A DNA stretch of 61,556 nucleotides, counting the filler, from Hausera hauseri (lineage: Eukaryota), in assembly GCA_046269625.1 (NCBI GenBank). It is 11 parts of 11 records of this genome, joined end to end, with 100 filler letters (N's around TTAATTAATTAA, not from the genome) between each part and the next. Parts side by side here need not be neighbours in the genome. Positions count along the whole stretch, not along the records: positions 30,595 to 41,236 come from JBJURY010162198.1; positions 41,337 to 45,881 come from JBJURY010533454.1; positions 45,982 to 50,438 come from JBJURY010571450.1; 8 more parts are not named here. One strand, given 5' to 3'. A model generated the notes under the pieces. It was not told the DNA's origin and ran no database searches. It saw only the letters and a list, made by a program, of their open reading frames with translations. Below are positions 35,351-47,513 of the stretch, one piece after another. A program made the position numbers and the translations under genes. Within the stretch, counting starts at the first letter, position 1. Each line of letters opens with the position of its first letter.

Positions 35351-35944
35351 CTCTTGAAGACACCAAAACCAACAAAAACTCTACTGGCACTTTTCTTGGC
35401 TTTGGTACACTGGCCTTTGCCGCTAATTCACCTTCAACCAATTTAACTATTCACATACCACCTCCATTTGAAGACAAAGCTTCTCTCGCTGCTTCTTCTC
35501 AACCTCTTCCAAATTCTCAATCGCCTTCACATCCTCAACTTTCTTCAAATACACACTTTTCTGAATCCGCTGCACTTAGTATCTCTCCTCAACACTCCTC
35601 AAATGCTCAATCTTCCTCCAATCTTCAATTCTTCAAATCTTCTCCACCTTTATTATCTTCCTCACCTTCAGTTAACTTTCCTTTGCAACTTTCACTTTCC
35701 ACATTTAATACAACTTCCACGGAAAATTTCGACAATCTTTCACCCCAATGTACATCTCTGCAAGCGAACTCAAGACACACAAACAAAACACAGAGTTATT
35801 TTCAGCAGGTACAGTAGGGAGCAAAATATTGACGAAGTACAACGCCTTTTACATGCGAAAACCGAGTAGAACACAAACTTTTTTTCATTTTGCGTTTATT
35901 TTCTTCTCTGTTACCTTTCTGCTTTATAGCTTTCATTTTGCCAC

Positions 35945-36105
35945 GGGGTGATGTGGTACCCACGTGCTTTGCCGCTCCGAGGCCCACTTTGGCCGGACAC
36001 AGCCGGGTGCATTGTTTCGCGCTGGTGGCGCCGTTGGCAGGACCTTTGATTCCTCCTTCGGGGGTTTTCGCAGCGGTCGTTATGACCCAACCGTTCAAAT
36101 TCAAT
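35945..36105 (+). repeat. Probable PPT and start of the 3' LTR
   Basis: GGGGTGA followed by TGTGGTACCC and an abrupt GC-rich segment downstream of pol. Confidence 0.45.
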
Positions 36106-37730
36106 TAAGCAGTCCAGTATTCGAAAGTTGCAACATCAACGAAATATATGTAGAGAGCGTCGATAAACTCAGCGTTGTTTATGAAACATTCAAATTTATT
36201 CCCATTTATTCCCAAGCGAAGAAAGTAAAAATAACTTTATTTAAGTCGAACAAAAAGCGGTTAAACAAATGGAACGAGTTCTTCAATCAATGAAGAAAGC
36301 ATGACTTCGAAAACACAAATTTTTTATTAATAGCCGAAAACAAAACACTAATGAAAGAAATTCGAAATTTGAAACATATGTTAGCTGACAAGTAAGCTAT
36401 AGAAAATGAACTTAAAAATCGTCTCAATGAAACATCCAAGCAATCTGCACATGAATAGAAAATGAAGATTTAAAAGTTGCGGGAACTTATTCGATTGATG
36501 TTGATTCATTGTCCAGAATTACTGAACATATCAGTTATCCCAATGTACAGCATAACTATTTCGATTGCTCTTGTCAAAATGTTAAATGGTCGTGTTTGTG
36601 ATCTTTTAAATTGGTATTGAAATGTCAATAATCCTTATGCATAGATGTTTCTCTGTTTGTGTATCATTGTAACATATTCGTTTATTCCTTCCACTTAATT
36701 TATAAAGTACAAGTGCCAAACAAAAATCGTCATTTGATCAATCCACCCGACCTATTTTATGCTTGTTATAAAAAGTTGTTTATATAAATGTTATTTATTT
36801 ACCAATATATATTTTTAATTTTTTGTGTGCGTTGACATATTGTATTATGGTGGCCAATAAAGATTCTCTACCGAGTTTATTATCTTGTTCGTATCTGGAA
36901 TGTAAGATGAAAACTATTTTTGAGGTGCCTGTTTCTTTGACCACGTTTGATCAAAAGCGGCACCCAAAGACGTATGTATTTCTTATGAACTATTCTCGGG
37001 ATTTCAATGTTACAGGAATGTTTCGTTCTCAATCCTTAAATCGAGCCTACCACCGGAATCTCGGTGGCGTCAGAAAACAGAAATACACAAAACGGTTTCG
37101 GCCATACCAAACATCATGGACTATTACAATTGTTGAACTATAAAACGGTGGGTGGATTTTCCATTTGACGATTGTTGGCACATTTTTAATTTTAAAAATA
37201 ACATTATTTTTGTCGGCGATTTGTCCTGTAATTTCGGATAATGTTTGCAAAGCTGTAAATGGATTCACAGCGTGCAGAGTAATAATCTGGAGAGAGGAGT
37301 CATTGATTTCATGATTAAGAAATAAGCCAGTACTAATGAAATGCTAATTTGTATTTTGGCTAACAGTAATAAATCCGTTGAAGTTTGGCCATTAATACAA
37401 GTTCAATATACGGTTACAAATAAAATGCTTTATGAAATTGATTTTGACAATTTTCTGCTGATTTTGACAATTTCCCACTGAAATACAATTCTTGGAAGAA
37501 GATAGATATACTTGCAAGAATTTGTCAATTGCTCTTGTGAATTGTGACACATTTAAAGTGTCACACAAACTATTCTTCCGCATGTATTGCTCTTGAATCG
37601 ATATTTCGCTCTCTTCTTCAGATCATAATGCTAATCGAGAAGTTTTCAATGAAAGTATAGAAGAACTTGATCATGCTCGGATAATTCAAAATCCAAAGAC
37701 AGACGATGGTCACGTTTTTATGCAAATGTT

Positions 37731-39212
37731 AGTAATGTGAAAATGTATGTTTTGTCCCACCCCGGGGTGAGGGAGGGTAATTGAAAAATAAATTTTGCAT
37801 ATGTGCCAATCGATAGTGCACACTGTGCACTATCGATCGGTAGTGTGCTAGGCGACGGTGCCGCTAGGCACCGTTGCTATGCACATTTTTGCACATTTCA
37901 CAAATCGGTAGCTGCACAGTGCAGTATTGATCGAATCGATCGGGACAAAGTGCTAATCGATAGTTCACGTCAGTGCACATAGATTAGTACACTGTGCAGG
38001 TGTGTTGCACATGTGCAAGTGTAAAAAATCAGTAATATCGGATTTCCGATAATCCCAATATTGATGATTAGGACATGTGACCGAGTGCAATCGATTGGAA
38101 ATACGATGCACTATGTGAATGTGCAATTAGAATTTAAATTTATCGAGTTGATTTAGAATAATATCGATCCAAAATGCAACTGAGACAGACTTCCCATAGG
38201 CTTTTTAGGTCCTAAGGAGTCAAAATTCGATATTATAATTAGCGGAGATAGATAGGAAATCGACTATGGCGATCTCGAATATCGAATCAAATAATCGAAA
38301 TTCGAAATTTTTTGGCCACAATATCGAATATCGAACTATTCAAACAATCTAATAGCGGCATTCGATTCCTCATATATGAAAAACCCCTTATACATAAAAA
38401 TTATTCCATGAAAATGTACTATAAAGATATAAAATCAATATTTCCAATTAAGCAAAATGTGCATTTAAAGCCCAGTAAAGCGGAAATCAATAAATCCAAT
38501 AGCAGGACTTTATAGGAAGTCATGTATGTTGTATATGAATTCGAGCTTCCATGTCGAATATTTCGCTATTCGAACTCGAAAACTCGGTCAACTGTACGTT
38601 ATTCGAAGAATCTGATGGCTTAGTCGATTATACATGCGCGAAATCTTATATTGCAATCAATATCGGCGCGGTACAGCGCACCGCGGTGTATTAAAACAAG
38701 GCTTAAAGACAAGTAAAAAGGTACGTAAAAAATACTAAGTAATTAAACGGTGCTTATTTCAATTGCACAATTGACGGTGAAATTGGAGGTGAAGCACACT
38801 GAAATCAATAAATCTAATAGTATACGTAGATAGGAAACAATGTATGGTGAGTCTGAATCTGGTGTTACATATTCGATTACATTATTCGAAATCGAATAAT
38901 TATCTATCCGAACTCAAAAAATCGATAGTGTACGTTATTCCAAGAACCTAACGAGCTCAATAGATTTCCCATATATGAAAATCTTGATGAAATTTTAAAT
39001 TTGGCGCGGAGAAATTTATGTATTTGATGCATTAAAACAAATTTTGGTACATCTATGCATGATATTGACAAGTCAAGTGCACCATACAAACAAGTTCATG
39101 TAAAATGATGCATTAAAACAAAGTGTTCTAGAATGTTTGAAAAAATCTATAAACGAGACAGTATGCGTTCACATGCCTACATATTTCATTATTTCCAAAT
39201 TCACTTCCAAGA
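37731..39212 (+). mobile_element. Polinton family A left end (terminal repeat and promoter region), palindrome-rich
   Basis: Starts AGTAATGTGAAAATG..TTTGTCCCACCCCGGGG. Homologous to 45982-47513 (-), 45747-45881 and 61142-61556. Directly precedes a pPolB gene. Confidence 0.8.
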
Positions 39213-41236
39213 ATGGTGAGTTTGTTATTTGTGTTCCTCAAATAATTGATTTGTTTAGATTTGCAACTTCTAAAAAGTTTGTATGGCGCAGAAACACGAG
39301 GAGCAGAATTGCCACAGTGTGATGCGGAATTATTTTGGATACCAGCACAATAGGACTCAATACTATATATGTCCTGTATGTGAGGTAGTGTGTCGGATCG
39401 TTTACGAGGAATTTTACAACCAGCATAAACAGCATATGGATTCATTCACAAAATCGAAGAAAGAAATATTCAACAATAATATGCCAATGAAACCAAGTGT
39501 CCTAAAAGCAAATCAGATGTGCGGTTCCTATGCTTACTGCACATCCAAAGCACATAATCGCAACAGTGTCATGAAACGATGCAGCCGTATTATGGATACA
39601 AATCCAAAAATATCCAATACTATATATGTCCGGGATGCGAGACTGTATGCGGCACAGATTATATACAGTTCTATTATGATCACAAACATCTTTTGAGTCA
39701 CTTCGCGTCAAAGTCCAAGAAGGCCATCTATAGTGAGCAACATAATATTGATGCATCTGCTTCGCAGTATGATACTTCGCAGTATTCTGCCTCGCATTAT
39801 GCTGCAGGATCTGGTGCAGCAGCTGCGAAACATCTTAGAGAATTGAAACGCGCAGCTGCATCATGCGCATCAGGTCCATCAGGCACATCAGGCCCATCAG
39901 GCGTAGCGGCTTCAACAAAAATTCAAAGACGGCGGCCAGTTGATGCTGCAGCATTAAAGAGGAAATGCCGCAGATATGTTATTGATGCAACTGACCAAAC
40001 AACCATTAAGGAGTCCCTGGAATATACGAAGGAAGAAACAGAGGGAATTCTCCAGGAAAACATAGCTGAGCTCAAGGCGCTTAAGGTTAACATAAAACTA
40101 TAGCGCACGTACGTCAATGTTGATGGCGAAGAATCCAATAGGGCCTTCAAGACCAGAAATAAACCCATATTGGAAAACACAAATATAGCTGAATGGCTGC
40201 ATGAAGAGCATACGAAGCTGATTCGTAAAACTGATGAGAGCCAGAATAAGAAGAGTGGATGGGCTCTGGTAACCATCAAGAGACTGCTTATATATGTACA
40301 CAGATACTCCCTCATGCGAAGCAGTTCATATATACAGCTTCCGGAATGGATCGCTAATAAAATAATCATGTGTCAATGTCCACAATAATGACAACAAGTG
40401 CTTCATGTATGCCATTTTATGTAAACTCGTACGGGATCAACGTAGTGCTTCAGGAATTTGGTTGTATAAGAATGTGCAACACAAATATGACTTTCAGTGT
40501 ATCACATTCCCTCCGTCCATAGATGAAATCAAGAAATTTAGCCGCATCAACAACATGTCCATCAATATCTTTGGATTGGATGAGATGGACAAATTCTACC
40601 CCTTACAAATATGTTATTCTGAATTGGAAGATCATAGGGATCTGCTCCGACTAGACGATGGCGATAAGAAACATTATGTTTGGATCAAGAACTTTGAGCG
40701 TCTAGTCAGATCCCAAATTATGAAACATAAGGAAAGAATAGAAATATTCAAAAGATGTTTATCCCATTTCAGCGGTAAGTTAGCTGTGGAAAAGCTGAAG
40801 GAGCACAAGATGTACTGCAACAACAATTATTGTGTAAGGCCAGAATTTTCCAAAGAGGAATATATCGAATTTAAGGAATTCGAGAAGAAGATCAAGGTCC
40901 CAATTGTCGTCTATTGCGACTTTCAGGCCATTCTCAGGCCAGTTTACACATGCAGTTCCAGTCCTCAATATAGCAGTAGAACGGCATACCAATATCATAA
41001 ATTATCATCGTATTGTATGTATGCCAAAGGACTGGACGGTGAACCATATCTATTCAGGGTTCCAGGTGCAGCAGCACATTTCATGAAGAGACTTGAAGAC
41101 ATGGCTCACAGGCTTGGGGATATGCTGCAACAACATAAGAACGACATGAGCATGTCTTGGGTGTAAGAACAAGAATGGCAAAATGAAGCATTATGCTACT
41201 TGTGTGACAAGTCCTTCACCAAGGAAAATTGGAAAG
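39213..41236 (+). pseudogene. polB: Polinton pPolB N-terminal half with a duplicated zinc-finger module and an ATG-proximal intron
   Basis: ATG|GTGAGT..TTTAG intron at 39216-39258; YFG..YYICPVC and YYG..YYICPGC; KSGWAL, SSYIQLPEWI, NNDNKCFMYAIL, HYVWIKNFERL, VVYCDFQ (exo I), CYLCDK. Confidence 0.88.
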
Positions 41237-41336
41237 NNNNNNNNNNNNNNNNNNNNNNNNNNNNNNNNNNNNNNNNNNNNTTAATTAATTAANNNNNNNN
41301 NNNNNNNNNNNNNNNNNNNNNNNNNNNNNNNNNNNN
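41237..41336. other. Artificial contig linker
   Basis: N44-TTAATTAATTAA-N44. Confidence 0.99.
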
Positions 41337-44300
41337 TTTTACTGTTTCCATCTTCTTGATAATGTAAGTTCCTCGGTATTTTAATTATACTTAATCTTTC
41401 CATCTCTTTTGCCATTTTTTAATTTTCTCGTTCAACTCTATCGGAACCTTCTCGTCCCAGTCTACTCCCATTATTCATAACTGCTGTAAATACATTTTAC
41501 CTAACAGCGTATGACAGCTGAGAAATCCCAGTGGATCGAAGACCTTTGCCAGAATATTTAACAATGTCCTTTTTGTTATTTCCAATCCTTGCTTGACTCT
41601 GTTTTCAAATTCGAATTCGTCGTTTTCAACTCTCCACTTCATTCCCAACGTTTTTGCAACTACGTTCGTCTTTTCCACTATATTAAATTCTTTTGCTCGA
41701 CTGGAGATAGGTATTAAATTTATCAACTCGTCAGAATTCGATACCCATTTGTGAGGTTCCATTCCAGCTGTTTTCCAAATCTCGTTTAGTTTGTTATACA
41801 GTGATATCGCTTTCTTTTCAGTACAGACTGAATCGATGCAATCATCCATGTACGTAGAACACTCAATTGTTCCTACAGCTCTAGGATATTTATCCTTAAA
41901 CTTTTCGGCATTATACCTTGAAATTAATTGCGCCAAAAGCGGGCAGGCATTCAACCCGAATACCAGACGATTGAATTTATACGTCTTGAGTCTTCCATCC
42001 TTATACCATAGGAATCTCAAGTATTTCCTATCTTCTGGTTTCACCTTAATTCGCAAAAACATTTCTTGAATGTCACATATTACTACCCATTTACGTGTTC
42101 TTATTCTCAATAGTATATCTACAATGTCCAGTTGCAATTTTGGACCGGGTTCTAGAAAGTCATTTAGACATTTTCCCCGATATTTCGAAGCGGCGTCGAA
42201 AACTATTCGACATTTTGTGGTTTCCCTGTCAATTTTCATGACAGGGAAATGTGGCAAGAGCCAAGCTGATTCCCGTTCCTCATGCTCTTCCATCACTCTA
42301 TTATATTTTTCTCCAGTATGGGCTGTTATTACCTTACCATAGGCCACCTTAGCCTTTTCATCCTTATCCAACTTATGCCTTAGAATATTTAGTCATTTTT
42401 GCGCCAACCATTCATTTCTTTCGATTTCAGGTCGTCTTCCCCCTTTCTAGGGTAATGGTAACCAGTACCTACCTTCTTCGTAGGTCGTGTCTTTCAATAC
42501 CCGTCCTATGATCTCCTCTTCTTGTAAGCTTCTCTCAGACACCTTTGAGTCAAAGTTGAACTCAATCTCCCACAAACGGGTCAAGTCGTTTTGGATCTCT
42601 TCGGTTCTAGTCCAGAATGTCTTCACAAAATTACTATTTATTTTTCTTTTTCCTTCCTTTATTAATCCCACACGGGTCCAGCCCAAGGGAGTCAACCGTG
42701 ATACTGGTTCACCTTTTTTGAAATAGACCTCCTCAATTGACTGGTGTAGCTGTATATAATTGGCCCCTATGATACCATCTACTTGTAATCTGTGGGACAT
42801 CGTGGCAAATTTCAGACTCCTCAGATGAGGCCATTTTTGTTTCTCTATGAATAAGTTCACGGCTCCCATTTTTCCAGTTGGATTTCTCATGCCAACGCCA
42901 CGAATTTAATATCTATTGATTGGTCTGTACTCGCCAGTCCCAATTTTACTCTGTCGATAGACATCTTTGTTTTTTCCCTACGACAACCGTCACCGTTAAT
43001 CTCTCCGTTTTTCTGCCAACGTCTAATTCATCGCATACCTTTAAATCGATGAAGCTTTCCGTGCTGGCATCGTCTAAAAACATTGTTGCTTTTTGCCGTT
43101 TCGTTCCGTTTTTCAGCCATACTTCCACTGTTCTCAGAGCTACGACCTCTTCTTTTTCATTTATCTTCTGAAAGCCTTGGGTTACATAGGTTCTAACGTC
43201 CTTTTGCTGATTTTCAACCCCTCCTCTGTTTTTCTCCTTTAATGTGCCAAGCAACGATACCTCTGGGTCTACATTCGTCATTCTTTCATAAGGCTTTCTG
43301 GCTTCATGCTCCAGTCTATTTTTTTACCATTGTTGTTATCATTATCTTTTTTGCCACCCTTTTCTGTAGGAACTTTCATTCCTCCCCATACCTACATTTT
43401 TTTTCAAAGTACTTACATATCCTTTCCTGATCGTCTTTACTAGATTCGTGACAATATTTACAGTTATCCCCGAACTTGCATTGTTTATTTTTATCATAGT
43501 TCCAACATCTTTGGAACCGAGCTCCTAGCTCTGTATTGGGTTGACTGATCTGTATCCACATTTTATCTTTTCTATCATTTTTTTTGAAATTGGAACTTTT
43601 GAACTTTCTCTTTGCTGTATGCGCTTTCTTTGGGAAGTATGATCGCCCATCTCCTACTGAGGCATATCGGCCACCTTGATCATATTAAATGTTTCTATTC
43701 CTCTTACTCTTTCAATGACATTTCTCCTGATCATCGCTTCCTTCTCCACCTAATTTTTCAATTCTTCAACGGTTCTGTCTAACTTTTTTCTATGATATTT
43801 CTTTCCCATAGTAATACAATTGACTCTGGGAGTTTCTCCATAAGGTTATGATACAACAAACCTCCACCAAGTTTTATTGTTCTTCCTAGATTCTTCAATC
43901 TTAATATTATACCGTCTAACAATGCTACGAACTCATCCAGCCCGATGATGTCTCCTTCTTCTATCGTCTGGAACTTTATAACTTCGTTTATAAACGCCGC
44001 ATAGGAGCGCTGTTCTCCACCATAGTAAGAGTCCAATTTTTCCATGGATGCTCTATATCCTTCTTTTGATAGATCGAAATTTTCGACCAGTTTTTTCGGC
44101 TCTCCATACAAACATTGATTTAACTGTAGTTGTTTATATATGCCCGACATTGGAGTTTTGTGGATACACGTGTCAAATGTCTTTCTCCATTTATCGTATT
44201 CTTTAACTATCCCCCCCCGAACTTCGGCAACTCTAATTTTTGTAACTTTGTAAGATTACCCTTTCCCTTTTCTCCTCTTTCGATCTTCCGTTGACGGCCA

Positions 44301-45735
44301 TTAGTTTATTTTCTCTCGAAGTTCTTTCATAGATTATGGCGTTGATTTTTTCATTCTGATCATCTAGCTTCTACATATCGTTTTCCAGTAACGTGATGTT
44401 CTCCTTCAACTTTCTTGCCGCGGTAGCCAGTACACACAGCTCCCCTTGAAGTTCGGTGTAAGCTTTGTCGTATTTTTGATGATAGACTTCGTATTCTTGA
44501 TCACTCAAGCTCGCATCCATCAACTTCCTCCGAATCGCTGATAGATGATTTATAAATTTACGTCATTCCGACAGTCTATCTTATAATTCTTCTGTAGTCA
44601 ACTCGTTTCCACCTTTTAACCGCAAATGTAGATGAATGGTCGAACCCTTCTGGATATAGTATTCGCTAAGTTTTCGACAATCCTCAAGTTGTTTTCCGTT
44701 ATAAGTTAACCGTTGTTGTTTTGTCGGGATCCCTTCCCTTTCCTCAACTGCCGACTTCAGCTCTTCTACTTTGTCTGACGTTTTTACTAAGACCATAATT
44801 ATTTTCCCGAAATTGTCTCGAGAAATATCGTCGTTTTCCCCTCCTCTAATCTTGTTTTTTCCTCTTGCTCAAATTCCTTGAGGACGAGTTCCCCGCTTTC
44901 ATCCTTCTTATGTGACACCTGCAGTAATTGCGATTTGTCCCCTTCTGGTATGCATTCCGCCAATGTCTTTTTCCGCTTTTCACCTTGAATTTGTGGTTCT
45001 TGGCCAATCCTTCTAATTCGAAGTTCAACAATCTTGAACTTCGAATCTTTGTTGAATTCATGGGGTCCATTTAAATTTCCGTGGTAACTCGTCTCGAACG
45101 AGAACCCTTTTACAAATTTGCATCCCCAGTCAGTCGCCACTGATTCCGTCAATTGCTGTCTATTCTCCATTTGTTTAGAGACATAGACATACTTTTTCTT
45201 CCCTTTTAAATATTTATCGCCTTCGGTCCAAGATACCACAACTTTCAATATTAGCGTTGCCCTTGTAGAATAGTCACGATGTTTCATTTTATTCATTTCA
45301 CCGTTGGTCCTCCTCGTGCATATTGAACAAAAGGTTCGCGCTTTTATTCCAACATTCATACGGAATGAATAATCTCTGGAGACAAGGAGACCTCGAAAGA
45401 CCAAAACATCACGTAGATCGTACCTGCGGATCACGGTGCGGAGCACAAACTACGCTCTGCTACCATAAAATGGAAGTTTTATATAGACGCTACGTAACAT
45501 GTCACCATAAATTAGAGATTTTATATGAAATAAATATAGTGAATTATACATATAAACTTCCAGATAAATGACTGATTAGTCTCCGATACCATCTCCCGAT
45601 ATAATTCTTACCATCTCTTCTCTGGGCCCATACAAGCTTTTTCTCAAGGTATATCCTTACTTACTTCTACTTGAAGAATATTGTGCCACATAACTGTTCA
45701 AATATGCACTCATTACAAGGTTACATACATTACCA
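41337..45735 (-). mobile_element. BEL/Pao LTR retrotransposon 5' part: LTR, PBS, ubiquitin-Gag (CCCH fingers), protease, RT
   Basis: LTR TGG..CCA at ~45471-45735; PBS TGGTAGCAGAGC (initiator tRNA-Met-like) at 45454-45465; Gag KLELPKFGG, YKQLQLNQCLYGEP; protease ALRTV..FLDDASTESFI; RT LPHFPV..CRIVFDAAS, LVFGLNACP, YMDD, KVFDPLG. Confidence 0.93.
44608..44834 (-). pseudogene. Ubiquitin domain embedded in the BEL/Pao Gag ORF
   Basis: Restoring one A in GGAAAATAATTATG gives 76 aa, [76 protein letters not shown]. By hand count 41/76 residues are identical to ubiquitin. Confidence 0.93.
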
Positions 45736-45746
45736 GTAGAAAGAAA

Positions 45747-45881
45747 GTGTGCCGCTAGGCACCGTTGCTAATGCACTTTTGCACATTCCACTTATCGATC
45801 ACTGCACAGTGCACTATTGATCGAAGCTATCGGGACAAAGTGCTAATCGATAGAACATATCAAGTGCATCAAGTAGTGCAC
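45747..45881 (+). repeat. Fragment of the Polinton family A terminal region flanking the BEL LTR
   Basis: GTGCCGCTAGGCACCGTTGC..CGGGACAAAGTGCTAATCGATAG matches 37858-37990. Confidence 0.85.
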
Positions 45882-45981
45882 NNNNNNNNNNNNNNNNNNN
45901 NNNNNNNNNNNNNNNNNNNNNNNNNTTAATTAATTAANNNNNNNNNNNNNNNNNNNNNNNNNNNNNNNNNNNNNNNNNNNN
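45882..45981. other. Artificial contig linker
   Basis: N44-TTAATTAATTAA-N44. Confidence 0.99.
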
Positions 45982-47513
45982 AAAGTTTGCACATCTAAAA
46001 TCCACCAATTATTTGAGGAGCACAATTAAAAAACTCACCATTCGTTGAAATGGTTTTGGAAATAATGAAATATATTGCCATACCATCATGTACTGCCTCG
46101 CTTATTGATTGGTTCTAATGCACTTTTGTTTTAATGCATCAATTAAATTAAATACATAATGGAGCCAAATTTAAGGTTTTCGACCAAGGGGATTTAAATG
46201 ACGTCATTAGATTCTTCGAATAATGCATGCATGACCGAATATTCTAGTGAGGATTAACTAATTATTCGAATCGGAAGCTCGAATTCGAATACCTGATGCC
46301 ATACTCCTGTTAGGAATACATGACATCCTATCCCACCCCGCTTATAGATTTATTAATTTCCGCTTCACTGCGCTTTAAATTCAGATTTTGCTTAATTCAA
46401 AATATTGATTTTGTACCAATATAGTACATTTTCATGGAATAATTTTTACTTATAATGGGGTTTTCATATATTAGGAATCGATTGCCGTTGTTAGATTTTT
46501 CATGTAGTTCCATATTCGATATTCGATCTCGAAAATATTCGAATTTCGAATATCTGACTTGAAATTCGAGATCGCCATGGTAGATTTCCTATCTGTTCCC
46601 GCTAATTATAATATAGAATTTTGCTTCCTTAGGGCCGAAAACCTATGGGGAGTCTGTGTCAGATGATTTTGGATCGTATTATTCAAAAACTAATCGACAA
46701 ATTTAAATTCTAACAACACATTCATATACTGCACCTAGTTTCTAATCGATCCCACCCGGTCAGATGTTCTAATCATCAATATTGGAAATATCGCAAATCC
46801 GATATTATTGATTTTTGCACTTGCAGATATGTTTTTGCACTGCACAGTATACATCAAAGTGCATCTCGATGTGCTCTATCTACCTGCACTTGACCCCGAT
46901 CGATTCCATCAATCCTACGCTGCCCAGTGAACAATATTTGAAAAGTGAAAAAGTGCCTTGGTAACCGTATCAAAGAGCGCACCTCACTCGATTATTGCAC
47001 TGATCTAAAGGACATCAAGTACTTCACCCGCCAGTATATATGCCATATTGATATTATTGATTTTCAATTTATACCGGAAAGGCAACTGTTCGAAAACCAA
47101 TCAATATATTTAAATTCAAACTGCACATTGGTACATTGTATCATGTGTGCTTTCGATTGAATCCGGTGCCGCGTGACAGTCATCAATACTGGGATTATGG
47201 GAAATCCGATATTATTGATTTTTGCACACTTGCACATGTGTAGGAAAACTGTACTGTGCACTAATCGACGTGCACTGTCGTGTACTATCGATTAGCACTT
47301 TGTCTCGATCGATTCGATCAATTGTGCAATGTGTAGCGATCGATTTGTGAAAGTACAAAAATATGCTTAGCAACGGTGCCTAGCGGCACGGACGCCTAGC
47401 ACGCTACCGGTCGATAGTTCACAGTGTGCACTATCGATTACCACATGTGCACTATCGATTTATCAATGCGCACAGCCCGGGGGGGTTGGTCAGAATCCCC
47501 ATTTTACCCTACT
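45982..47513 (-). mobile_element. Polinton family A left end, inserted in another Polinton's polB
   Basis: The minus strand starts AGTAGGGTAAAATGGGGATTCTGACCAACCCCCCCGGG and is collinear with 37731-39270, including the ATG (46041) and intron 46038-45995. Confidence 0.82.

Noticed and set aside
35089-35869. env-like third ORF after the integrase
   Set aside because: This is the integrase C-terminal remnant plus S/P-rich low-complexity sequence. It has no signal peptide, furin site or TM anchor.
37731-39130. Helitron/MITE or structured ncRNA interpretation of the palindromic repeat
   Set aside because: It begins with AGT termini at sharp junctions and leads directly into pPolB in two copies, which fits a Polinton end. 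No CTRR end follows the hairpin.
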